In this document: positions 37,836 through 46,400 of the stretch, piece after piece | Numbering within the stretch: position 1 is the first letter of the stretch | Layout: every line of letters begins with the position of its first letter | Source of the DNA: Bryobacteraceae bacterium | GTDB taxonomy: Bacteria; Acidobacteriota; Terriglobia; Bryobacterales; Bryobacteraceae | Reading direction: 5' to 3' | DNA length: 46,894 bases | NCBI GenBank assembly: GCA_049520795.1 | Contig: JBEKPK010000001.1 | Coordinates: 1-46,894 of the forward strand | Program-made: the position numbers and the translations under genes | The notes under the pieces: generated by a model | What the model was told of the DNA's origin: nothing | What the model saw: only the letters and a program-made list of their open reading frames with translations | Databases searched by the model: none

Positions 37836-38210
37836 TGTGGGGCCACGCCTTCGGGCTTGCCGCCGGCTTTTAGCCTGAATTACAAAATTAACTTTGGATA
37901 AACTGAACTGCCACAGGCAGTTTCCTTGAAAAAATGGGCTTTGTCGTATCAGGGCACGGCTTGAGCCGTGCCGATCAGGCAGCAGTCTCTGGGCTTTAGC
38001 CCCTGGCTTGGAAACCCCGGCGCAAATCCTTCTCATCCTCTTGAAAAAACAGCGGCTAAAGCTCTCTGAGTGCTTCCGTTTGCGGCACGCCTGGGCCGAG
38101 CCCTGATACAATGCGCCCAACTTCGGGATTCAGGTTTAGCCGGCGTCACGCACCGGCGCGAGGAACGCCGGCCAGAAGGCCGGCGGCAAGCCCGAAGGCT
38201 TGACCCCACA
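37836..38210. mobile_element. MITE-like non-coding element bounded by 32-bp inverted repeats
   Basis: IR-L is TGTGGGGCCACGCCTTCGGGCTTGCCGCCGGC (37836-37867). The reverse complement of 38179-38210 is TGTGGGGTCAAGCCTTCGGGCTTGCCGCCGGC, matching at 30 of 32 positions. The interior is lower in GC, non-coding and rich in hairpins. Confidence 0.55.
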
Positions 38211-38277
38211 ACAGCGCGCCGGCTCTTCCACTATTGCGTCGCACACCCCATTCAGGGTAGAGCGTGAGGTACGCGGG

Positions 38278-38835
38278 CTACCTCGAAGATTCTGATCCCC
38301 AGCCCCGCAGGAACCGCCAGGTGTAGTGCACGCCACTCCAAACCGTCAGGGCCGCGCACGGCCAGATGAGCAACCGTGAGACGGCGTTGGGAAACGCGCC
38401 GGGGATGGCGTCGCGCGTCATCCAGGCCCCCGCCGTCAACATCTGGACGAACGTCGAAGCCTTGCCCCAAACGCTGGGCGGGAACTTCCGGGCGGGGGTG
38501 AGCCACAGCATGAGGATGGCGCCCAGCAGGATATAGAAATCGCGGGCGAAGATGATTATCACCAGCCAGAGGGGCACGATGCGAGCTACGGCCAGCGCCA
38601 GGAATGCGCCGCTGAGCAGGCACTTGTCGGCGATGGGGTCTAGATAGGCGCCGGCTTGGGTAGCGCTCCCGAGGCGGCGGGCGGCGGCGCCATCGAGAAC
38701 ATCGGTCATCGAGGCGGTGAAGAACAGCGCCAGGGCCAGCATGTGGCGGCCGGCCAGCACGGAGGCGGCGATGAAAGGCAGAAGCGCCAGGCGCAGCAGG
38801 GTTATCAGGTTGGGGAGGTTTATCCAGCGCGGCAT
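38278..38835 (-). CDS. pgsA: CDP-alcohol phosphatidyltransferase (PgsA-like)
   Basis: Contains the D-x2-D-G-x2-A-R-x8-G-x3-D-x3-D motif (DVLDGAAARRLGSATQAGAYLDPIADK) and multiple TM helices. Confidence 0.8.
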   Translation of the reverse strand: MPRWINLPNLITLLRLALLPFIAASVLAGRHMLALALFFTASMTDVLDGAAARRLGSATQAGAYLDPIADKCLLSGAFLALAVARIVPLWLVIIIFARDFYILLGAILMLWLTPARKFPPSVWGKASTFVQMLTAGAWMTRDAIPGAFPNAVSRLLIWPCAALTVWSGVHYTWRFLRGWGSESSR

Positions 38836-39035
38836 CTGAAAAAGAGTGTAGCGCGCCGGGCCGGCCGTGCCCGGCCCCTACAGAAGGGTCAGTGCCGCTC
38901 CTTCAGGGGCGGCGGTTAGGAGCCCGCGCCCCAAAAGGAACAGTATATCTCTGAGGGAGGGCCGGGCGGGACGGGATCTCGTGATCCTATCCCGCCAGGA
39001 GGACGTTTACCAGCAGTTGGCTTTTGCCTGTATAG

Positions 39036-40202
39036 TCAGACCAGGGCGGGGATTGTCTCAAAACTTTCGCACTCCGCGGCGCCCGCCGCCGGCTTGCAGT
39101 CGTAGATCCGCGGAACCACGCCGTACCGCTCCTGGTAGGCGATCGATATCCGCTCCCGAAAATGCGCCGCCGCTTCGGCGCGCAGCATGGTTACCGTGCA
39201 GCCGCCGAACCCGCCCCCCGTCATGCGCGAGCCATACACTCCATCGATGGCCAGCGCGGCCTCCGCCAGGAAGTCCAGCTCCTCGCAGCTCACCTGGTAG
39301 TCGTACTGGAGGCTGTGGTGCGATTCCACCAGCAGCCGGCCCATAGCGGCGAGGTCGGCCGCTTCGCTCGCCTCCACGAACCGGTTTACGCGCACATTCT
39401 CGGTGACGATGTGACGCGCGCGGCGCCCCACCACATCGGGAAGAAGTTGGGCGGCGGTTTCGAGCTCGTCAGGCGTCACGTCGCGCAGGCTTTCGATGGC
39501 CGGGTACTGGGTCTTGAGAATCTCCACGGCGGCGCCGCACTCCCGCACGCGGTCTTTGTAGGCGGAGCCGGCCAGGGCGTGCTTCACCATGGTATTTACG
39601 GCTATGAAGGCCACGCCCGCGGGCAGGGAAACATAGCGATGCCCCAGGCTGCGGCAATCGATCTCCACGGCGGAATGCTCCCGGCCGAACACGGAGATGT
39701 ACTGATCCATGATGCCGCACGGCACGCCGACGAAGTTATGCTCCGAGCGCTGGCACAGCTTGGCCAGTTCGAGCCGTGCGATGGGCCGTCGGTTGAGAAA
39801 TGCGAGCGCCGAGGAAACCTCCAGCGCGGCCGAGGAGCTGAGGCCCGAGCCATCGGGCACGGTGGCGCGGATCAGCAGGTTGGCCGGGGCGATGGCGAAA
39901 CCCAGGCGGATCAGCTCGCGCGCCACGCCGATGGGGTAATCGGTCCAGTGATGGGCGGGGGAGAGATCCATGAGACCTGCGGCCTCGAACTCGCGCATCT
40001 CCTTGCGGTCTTCGGAGTAGAGGCGCAGCTTGCCGTCGCCCGAGGGCGCCGTGGCTACGTAGGCGGCCATCTCCAACGCCATGGGCAGCACGAAGCCGCA
40101 ATTGTAGTCCGTGTGCTCGCCGATCACGTTGACGCGGCCGGGCGCCCGGAAGACGCGAAGGCCTTCCGCGGAGGGGTACAACCGCTCGAATTCCGCGATC
40201 AT
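39036..40202 (-). CDS. galK: Galactokinase
   Basis: Galactokinase signature GRVNVIGEHTDYNCGF, GHMP motif PDGSGLSSSAALEV and C-terminal GSRMTGGGFGGCTV. Confidence 0.95.
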   Translation of the reverse strand: MIAEFERLYPSAEGLRVFRAPGRVNVIGEHTDYNCGFVLPMALEMAAYVATAPSGDGKLRLYSEDRKEMREFEAAGLMDLSPAHHWTDYPIGVARELIRLGFAIAPANLLIRATVPDGSGLSSSAALEVSSALAFLNRRPIARLELAKLCQRSEHNFVGVPCGIMDQYISVFGREHSAVEIDCRSLGHRYVSLPAGVAFIAVNTMVKHALAGSAYKDRVRECGAAVEILKTQYPAIESLRDVTPDELETAAQLLPDVVGRRARHIVTENVRVNRFVEASEAADLAAMGRLLVESHHSLQYDYQVSCEELDFLAEAALAIDGVYGSRMTGGGFGGCTVTMLRAEAAAHFRERISIAYQERYGVVPRIYDCKPAAGAAECESFETIPALV

Positions 40203-40393
40203 GCCTTGCCGCCGGCCCGCTTGGCCATAATCAGCAGGAAGGCTCCGAAGACCAGCATTGGCAGACCGCTGTATAGGTTGACATTCGCGTCGGTCAGCGC
40301 CGCGCGCGTTTCCGGCGCGAAGACGCCCATACCCACAAGGATAAGGCCGAGCAAGGTGAAAAACAGGCCCGAAGGCAATCTTAGATCCATCAT
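40199..40393 (-). CDS. Small two-TM membrane protein between the symporter and galK
   Basis: 64 aa (MMDLRLPSGLFFTLLGLILVGMGVF...LPMLVFGAFLLIMAKR). It starts 1 nt after the symporter stop and forms an ATGA overlap with the galK start. Confidence 0.6.
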   Translation of the reverse strand: MMDLRLPSGLFFTLLGLILVGMGVFAPETRAALTDANVNLYSGLPMLVFGAFLLIMAKRAGGKA

Positions 40394-40394
40394 G

Positions 40395-42050
40395 TCAGAA
40401 AAACCAGAAATTGAGAACCACCAGAATGGCGCAAACCGCTATGGCCAGCGGCCAGGGCCGCTGATACCACACTTCGCCGGAAGTGTCGGGGAGCTTGGTA
40501 AGCCCGTAAACCAGCCCCTCCAACTCCTTCTCGGGCTTCGGCTGAGTGGCCAGGCTCACCACCAGAGTCACCAGGAAGCAGCCCGTAAAGGCCAGCAGGG
40601 CGATCCACCAGCTTTGCGCCATGGCCGAGGGAAACGTGTGCAGGTTGCCCAGAATTCCACCCTTGCCTTCGGCCACCGTCAGGCACCAGGTGAGCGATGC
40701 CACCGTGGTACCGGTGACCAGGCCGGAGAATGCGCCATGCCCGGTGCTGCGCTTCCAGAACATGCCCAGCAGGAAGGTCGCAAAGAGCGGAGCGTTGACG
40801 AATCCGAAGACCAGTTGCAGCAGGTCCATGATGTTGTTGTAGTGCTGCGCCACGTACGCCGCCCCGATGGAGAGCAGCACGCCCACGATGGTGGTGACTC
40901 GGCCCACGTTGAGGTAGTGCCGGTCCGGCGCGTTCTTGCGGATATGGCTTTGGTAGATGTCATAAGTCCACACCTGGTTGAAGGCCGTCACGTTCCCCGC
41001 CATGCCCGACATGAACGAAGCCATGAGGCCCGTCAAGCCTACCCCCAGCAAGCCCGCCGGATAGAATTTGGCCATCAGCGTCGTAATCACCTGGTTGTAA
41101 TCGGGCCCGCCATCGGCGGCCATGGGGAGACTGTAGCCGGAACCCGCCTTAGCCGCCAGGGCCACCGCGGCAATGCCGGGTACGATTACGATGAAGGGCA
41201 GCAACATCTTGGGGAACGCCCCAATCAGCGGAGTGCGCCGCGCGGCGGACATGGAATCGGCGGCCATGGCGCGCTGCACCACCAGGAAGTTCGTGCACCA
41301 GTATCCGAAGGAAAGCACGAAGCCCAGGCCGGCCACAATCCCGAAAACTTCCACCCCCATGGGGTTCGACTGCGTGCTGCCCGCGTAAGCCCAGGCGTGG
41401 GTCATCACGGGTTTGAGACGCGATGCCATGCCCTGCCATCCGCCCGCCTTCGCCACCGCGAGAATCGCCAGCGGAGAGAAGCCGGCGACGATCAACAGGA
41501 ATTGCAGAACCTCGTTATAGATGGCGCTGGTGAGCCCGCCCAGAAAAGTATACGCCATGACGATGGCGGCCGAGGCAAGCACCGAGGTGTTGAAGTCCCA
41601 GCCCAGCGCCAGATGCAGCAACAGCCCGAGCGCGTACATCGAGATGCCCGACGAAAAGATGGTCATCACCGCGAAGCTGACGGCGTTGTACGTGCGCGTC
41701 TTCTCGTCGTAGCGCATCTTCAAATACTCGGGCACGGAGCGGGCCTTGCTGCCGTAATAGAACGGCATCATGAATATGCCCATGAACAGGATGGCCGGTA
41801 TGGCGCCGATCCAGTAGAAGTGGGCGGTCATGATTCCGTACTTCGCGCCGGAGGCCGACATGCCGATAAGTTCCTGGGCGCCCAGGTTGGCGGCGATGAA
41901 AGCCAGGCTCGTGATCCACACGGGGACGCTTCGTCCCGCCATGAGGAAATCGCTGCTGCTGGACATTCGTTTCCGGAGCATCCAGCCAATGCCTAAGACG
42001 AAGGCAAAGTAAACAATCAGAATGAGATAGTCGACCGGCGCGAGATGCAA
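40395..42050 (-). CDS. Sodium:solute symporter family (SGLT-like) transporter
   Basis: 551 aa with about 13-14 TM helices. The N-terminal motif DYLILIVYFAFVLGIGWMLRK...SDFLMAGRSVP is typical of SSS/SGLT transporters. It is co-operonic with galK. Confidence 0.9.
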   Translation of the reverse strand: MHLAPVDYLILIVYFAFVLGIGWMLRKRMSSSSDFLMAGRSVPVWITSLAFIAANLGAQELIGMSASGAKYGIMTAHFYWIGAIPAILFMGIFMMPFYYGSKARSVPEYLKMRYDEKTRTYNAVSFAVMTIFSSGISMYALGLLLHLALGWDFNTSVLASAAIVMAYTFLGGLTSAIYNEVLQFLLIVAGFSPLAILAVAKAGGWQGMASRLKPVMTHAWAYAGSTQSNPMGVEVFGIVAGLGFVLSFGYWCTNFLVVQRAMAADSMSAARRTPLIGAFPKMLLPFIVIVPGIAAVALAAKAGSGYSLPMAADGGPDYNQVITTLMAKFYPAGLLGVGLTGLMASFMSGMAGNVTAFNQVWTYDIYQSHIRKNAPDRHYLNVGRVTTIVGVLLSIGAAYVAQHYNNIMDLLQLVFGFVNAPLFATFLLGMFWKRSTGHGAFSGLVTGTTVASLTWCLTVAEGKGGILGNLHTFPSAMAQSWWIALLAFTGCFLVTLVVSLATQPKPEKELEGLVYGLTKLPDTSGEVWYQRPWPLAIAVCAILVVLNFWFF

Positions 42051-42236
42051 GCAAGTACCTCAGAAGTTGGGTTTCCGATGCGGAACTCTGAGTCTACCAT
42101 AGCGCCGCAAGAGTGGCGCCCGTTGTGCGGACATGCTCACGTTCTTGACGCGGAGTCGCGGAAAACGGAGGAATTCAAAAAGGATAGGTGGAAACCTCTG
42201 TCAGGGGCCTGAGCGGCGCCGTCGGGCTGACGTAAC

Positions 42237-43808
42237 ATGGTATCCATGGCATCCGCAACCGTATCCCAGTTCCGCAACGAGCCCTGGACCGATTTCTCCG
42301 TGCCCGCCAATCGGGAGGCCATGGAGAAGGCTCTGGCGCAGGTACGCTCCTCTTTCGGCCGCGAATATCCGCTTCGCCTCGGTGGCGAGTGGATTTCCAC
42401 CGGCGACAAACTGATCTCCGTCAACCCCTCGAACGTGAATGAGGTCGTGGGCGTGCATCACCGGGCCGACGCCGCGCTGGCTAAGCGCGCGGTGGAAAGC
42501 GCCTGGGCCGCGTATCCGGCCTGGAGCCGCACGCCCGCCGAGGAGCGCGTCCGCCTGCTGTTCGAGGCCGCCCGCATCCTGCGCGCGCGCAAGATGGAGT
42601 TTGACGCATGGTTGGTCTATGAAGCCGGCAAGACCTGGATCGAGGCCGAGGCCGACGTTTGCGAGGGCATCGATTTCTGCGAGTACTACGCGCGCGAGAT
42701 GCTGCGCCTGGCCGGCCCCCAGCCGGTGGTGCAACTGCCCGGCGAGCGGGACGAGCTGCTCTACATCCCGCTGGGCGTAGGCGTGGTGATCCCACCCTGG
42801 AATTTTCCGCTGGCGATTCTGGCGGGGATGACCGTCGCCGCGCTGGTCACCGGCAATACAGTCGTCCTCAAGCCTTCGAGCGAAACCCCCACCATCGGCG
42901 CCAAGTTCGGCGAAGTCCTCCTGGAGGCCGGATTCCCGGAGTCGTGTTTCACCGTGCTCACCGGCAGCGGCTCGGCCATCGGCGACCTTCTGGTTGAGCA
43001 CCCCAAGACGCGCTTCGTCTGCTTCACCGGCTCGCGCGACGTGGGCTTGCGCATCAATGAACTGGCCGCCAGACACCAGCCCGGCCAGATCTGGATCAAG
43101 CGCGTGATCGCCGAAATGGGCGGCAAGGATCCCATTGTCGTGGACGCCGATTCGGATCTCGACAGCGCCGTCCAAGGCGTCCTCGTCTCCGCCTTCGGCT
43201 ACCAGGGGCAGAAATGTTCCGCCTGCTCGCGCGCCATTGTGGACGCTAAGGTCTACGATGCGTTCGTCGAGAAGCTGGCCGCTCGGGCCAGCGCCATTCA
43301 GGTGGGCCCTTGCGACGACCCGCGCTACTACATGGGGCCGGTGATCAGCGAAAGCGCGCGCAAAACCATCCTGAGTTACATAGAGATCGGCAAGGCCGAG
43401 GGACGGATGGTGGTGGGCGGCGCGGCGGCCCCCGAGGGCGGCTACTTCATCCCGCCCACGGTCATAGCCGATGTCGAGCCCTCCGCCAGAATCTTCCAGG
43501 AGGAGATCTTCGGACCCGTCCTGGCCGTCACCCGCGCGCGGGATTTCGAAGACGCCATCGACAAAGCCAACGACTCGGAGTACGGCTTGACCGGCGCTGT
43601 CTATTCGAATGACCCCGAGCACCTCCGCCTGGCCCGCGAGCGCTTCCACGTGGGCAACCTGTACTTCAACCGCAAGTGCACCGGCGCCATGGTCGGCGCG
43701 CACCCCTTCGGCGGCTTCAATATGTCCGGCACGGATTCCAAAGCCGGCGGCCCGGACTATTTGCTGTTGTTTCTGCAAGCCAAGGCGGTGGCGGCGAAAG
43801 TGGGGTAG
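42237..43808 (+). CDS. pruA: 1-pyrroline-5-carboxylate (L-glutamate gamma-semialdehyde) dehydrogenase
   Basis: Aldehyde dehydrogenase fold with the catalytic FGYQGQKCSACSR and EMGGKDP. The N-terminus FRNEPWTDFS...REYPLRLGGEW is typical of RocA/PruA-type P5CDH. Confidence 0.9.
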   Translation: MVSMASATVSQFRNEPWTDFSVPANREAMEKALAQVRSSFGREYPLRLGGEWISTGDKLISVNPSNVNEVVGVHHRADAALAKRAVESAWAAYPAWSRTPAEERVRLLFEAARILRARKMEFDAWLVYEAGKTWIEAEADVCEGIDFCEYYAREMLRLAGPQPVVQLPGERDELLYIPLGVGVVIPPWNFPLAILAGMTVAALVTGNTVVLKPSSETPTIGAKFGEVLLEAGFPESCFTVLTGSGSAIGDLLVEHPKTRFVCFTGSRDVGLRINELAARHQPGQIWIKRVIAEMGGKDPIVVDADSDLDSAVQGVLVSAFGYQGQKCSACSRAIVDAKVYDAFVEKLAARASAIQVGPCDDPRYYMGPVISESARKTILSYIEIGKAEGRMVVGGAAAPEGGYFIPPTVIADVEPSARIFQEEIFGPVLAVTRARDFEDAIDKANDSEYGLTGAVYSNDPEHLRLARERFHVGNLYFNRKCTGAMVGAHPFGGFNMSGTDSKAGGPDYLLLFLQAKAVAAKVG

Positions 43809-43810
43809 GG

Positions 43811-44008
43811 ATGAGGAAGCAATACCGTAGTCCCCTTATGGCATCGATCCACAAGACTGCCGACGACGTCCACGACGCCGGCGTGATGGACAAGCGCACG
43901 ATGCGCGAATTCGACGACCTGTGCCTCACACCGGCGCCGCCGCTGAAGCCTTCCGCCGTTTATGCAAAGGGCCTTTCACCTACTCAAATGCGCAAGAAAC
44001 GCCGATAA
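43811..44008 (+). pseudogene. Truncated N-terminal remnant of an XRE/HTH-type antitoxin (COG2944-like)
   Basis: MASIHKTADDVHDAGVMDKRTMREFDDLCLTPAPPLKPSA matches the N-terminal half of that family. The HTH half is absent and replaced by VYAKGLSPTQMRKKRR*. No partner toxin is present. Confidence 0.45.
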
Positions 44009-44014
44009 TCATGC

Positions 44015-44722
44015 GTGAAGCGGGTTGGTACAATGGGCCAGGCTGTATTCCCTTCAATGGCCACGCAATTCTCTAGCGCAAAGGGCGAACGGACGGGGTA
44101 TCACCCGCCAGGGTCCGTCTGGGAAGGAGAAGATGCGGAACTTCTCGAGCAGATGCTGGCATTCTATCCGCGGAAGCGCCCGAAGCGGGTTCTAGATGCC
44201 ACCGTGAACGGCGGACGGTTCTGGCGGGGAAGCAAGAGGCCCGTCTATGGGCTCGACATTGACATTGCGCACCGGCCGCAGATCGTGGCCGACAACACGC
44301 AGATGCCCTTCAGGAACGCGGCGTTCGATGTCGTGGTTTACGACCCTCCGCACATTCCGAATCAAGGCAGGGACCACCAGAAGGACTTCAACGTGCGCTT
44401 CGGGCTTGTGCTCCGTTCGCCCAAAGAGAACCAGTACACATTTACCCACACGTACCCGCCGTTTGTGGCGGAGGCCTACCGTGTTTTGAAACCGGAGGGT
44501 CTCCTACTCTGCAAGATCACGGACTATGTGCACCACCACCGCTACAACTGGGCGCACGTGGACTTCATAGACGCCGCAAGGAAAGCTGGTTTCTGCGCCT
44601 GCGACTGCATCGTCAAGACCCGAAAAGGTCCGATCATCGACCCGAGGTGGAAGACGGCCCACCACACGCGGCGGCAGCACTGCTATTGGCTGGTCTTCCG
44701 AAAGTCCAAGAAATGCGAATGA
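44015..44722 (+). CDS. Putative DNA amino-methyltransferase (N6-A or N4-C) with a DPPH catalytic motif
   Basis: Rossmann motif order I (VLDATVNGG), II (VYGLDID) and IV (VVVYDPPH), then EAYRVLKPEGLLL. It is translationally coupled to a PD-(D/E)xK protein. G+C is visibly lower than in flanking genes. Confidence 0.6.
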   Translation: MKRVGTMGQAVFPSMATQFSSAKGERTGYHPPGSVWEGEDAELLEQMLAFYPRKRPKRVLDATVNGGRFWRGSKRPVYGLDIDIAHRPQIVADNTQMPFRNAAFDVVVYDPPHIPNQGRDHQKDFNVRFGLVLRSPKENQYTFTHTYPPFVAEAYRVLKPEGLLLCKITDYVHHHRYNWAHVDFIDAARKAGFCACDCIVKTRKGPIIDPRWKTAHHTRRQHCYWLVFRKSKKCE

Positions 44723-45693
44723 GGCGCGGCCCAATCAAGGCTCCGGGTTCGAGCCGCCAGATCGCCTTTCATCAACTGCTGGTTGCAGCCCGGAAGAGCT
44801 TGCTGGTGGATGCACTCAAGGAGGCTCTGCGGGGCGCCGACCCCAACACCATAAAGAAACAACTCTCGACCTACGTGCCAACCGACGTTCAGAAGCTTCT
44901 CGCGGCCAGCGGGATCCGCGACGAACATGTATTCCCCGTGCCTGCTTTGCTGGAGTCGAAACCAACGCTGGTCGGATACTACCGTCTTCTCCTGGGCGTT
45001 CCGCAGAAGACCTTCTACAAGGGCGCCACGGGCATGGGGCAATTCAAGAGCATGGAGACCCGCGGGCTGCTGAAGCCGGCAAAGCGGCCCGACCTGGAAG
45101 GGTTTTGCGCGGCGATGGCCCGCAGTTTGGCGGAACTGGTGCGTCAGATGGCCCCGCCAATCTCGAAGCGAGATGTGCTCGAACTGCCTTTGCTGACGCT
45201 TGGCTCACAGCTTCAGGGCGGCAACAACAACGCGATTGGCAAAAGGGCGACCGTTGAAGTGTTCTTGGCCGTGTCGGAGTTGGTCAAGGGCCACGTCATA
45301 TCCCAGGACGAACGGAGAATCAGCATCCAGAATGCCGCCGGACGTAGAGTCACCATCGCGTTGGCCTCCGATCCCGATATCCGAATTCAAGAAGACTTTG
45401 AGGGACAACCGCGGAACAAGGTGGCGATTGAGATCAAAGGGGGCACGGACATCAGCAACGCCCATAACCGGGCGGGCGAGGCCGAGAAGTCTCACCAAAA
45501 GGCGAAGAAAGACGGGTTTCGCGACTATTGGACGATTATCTCCAAGGCGGGCCTGAGCGTCGAAAAGCTGAGATCGGAATCGCCAACCACGAACGACTGG
45601 TTCGATGTGGCCCAGGTGTTGGGCAGGGAAGGCGAAGACTGGAACCAGTTCAAGAGTCGATTCGCCGATGCCGCGGGCATCCCGCTCAAATGA
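44719..45693 (+). CDS. Putative type II restriction endonuclease (PD-(D/E)xK)
   Basis: Candidate catalytic core SDPDIRIQ...x19...VAIEIKGGTD. Its ATG forms an ATGA overlap with the methyltransferase stop (alternative ATG at 44713). I cannot confirm the family by eye; it is possibly XcyI-like. Confidence 0.55.
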   Translation: MRRGPIKAPGSSRQIAFHQLLVAARKSLLVDALKEALRGADPNTIKKQLSTYVPTDVQKLLAASGIRDEHVFPVPALLESKPTLVGYYRLLLGVPQKTFYKGATGMGQFKSMETRGLLKPAKRPDLEGFCAAMARSLAELVRQMAPPISKRDVLELPLLTLGSQLQGGNNNAIGKRATVEVFLAVSELVKGHVISQDERRISIQNAAGRRVTIALASDPDIRIQEDFEGQPRNKVAIEIKGGTDISNAHNRAGEAEKSHQKAKKDGFRDYWTIISKAGLSVEKLRSESPTTNDWFDVAQVLGREGEDWNQFKSRFADAAGIPLK

Positions 45694-45824
45694 TGGTGGC
45701 GACAGACTTCGTTTCCTAGGTTGCCACTCACAGGATATCCCGGCATTCTGGTAAAGACCGGCCTCATATAATCCTCCAAATCCTGCTAACCGCCCCGCAA
45801 TCCCGTAGTCTAAAGAACAGCCGG

Positions 45825-46400
45825 ATGGAGCAGACAGACGCAGCCCTGGTCGGCCAGGCGCGCGCGGGCGATCCCGACGCGTTTCGCTTGCTGGTGGAGC
45901 GCCACGCCCGTTCTTTGTTCGGCCTGGCGTATCGCATGACCGGAAACGAATCGGACGCCGAGGACGTGGTTCAGGAGAGCTTTCTGCGCGCCTACCGGCA
46001 ACTCAAGAGCTTCGACGAACGGGCCGGCTTTGGTACGTGGCTGTATCGGATCGCAGTGAATGGCTCGCTCGACCTGATTCGCTCACGGGGACGCCGCATG
46101 GAGGCATTTGCCCCGGCCGGGGATGACGCCGTGGATCTGGTTGCCGAGACGCCTTCCAAGGATGCGAGCCCCGAGCGACTCGCCTTGAGCGGCGAGATCC
46201 GGCAGCGGATGGTTGCGGGCATGGCGCGGCTGAGCGCGAACGAGAGAGCCGCCTTTGCGCTGCGGCACTTCGAAGGCATGCGAATCGAGGAGTTGAGCCG
46301 CGTTCTGGGCTGCCAGCCCGGCGCGGCCAGGCACAGCGTGTTTCGCGCCGTGCAGAAACTGCGGCGGGCCCTGGAGCCCGCGGTCGGTACCGTGAAATGA
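45825..46400 (+). CDS. ECF-type RNA polymerase sigma factor
   Basis: Region 2 (DAEDVVQESFLRAYRQL...WLYRIAVNGSLDLIRSR) and region 4 (LSANERAAFALRHFEGMRIEELSRVLGCQPGAARHSVFRAVQKLR). Confidence 0.9.
   Translation: MEQTDAALVGQARAGDPDAFRLLVERHARSLFGLAYRMTGNESDAEDVVQESFLRAYRQLKSFDERAGFGTWLYRIAVNGSLDLIRSRGRRMEAFAPAGDDAVDLVAETPSKDASPERLALSGEIRQRMVAGMARLSANERAAFALRHFEGMRIEELSRVLGCQPGAARHSVFRAVQKLRRALEPAVGTVK

Noticed and set aside
39162-41996. 944-aa plus-strand ORF, the longest in the track
   Set aside because: It lies antisense to galK, the small membrane gene and the SSS symporter, all of which have clear family signatures. Its translation is an R/G/A/H-rich low-complexity product typical of GC-driven shadow frames, with no recognisable motif.
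42201-43778. 525-aa minus-strand ORF
   Set aside because: It is antisense to pruA, which has clear aldehyde-dehydrogenase catalytic motifs.
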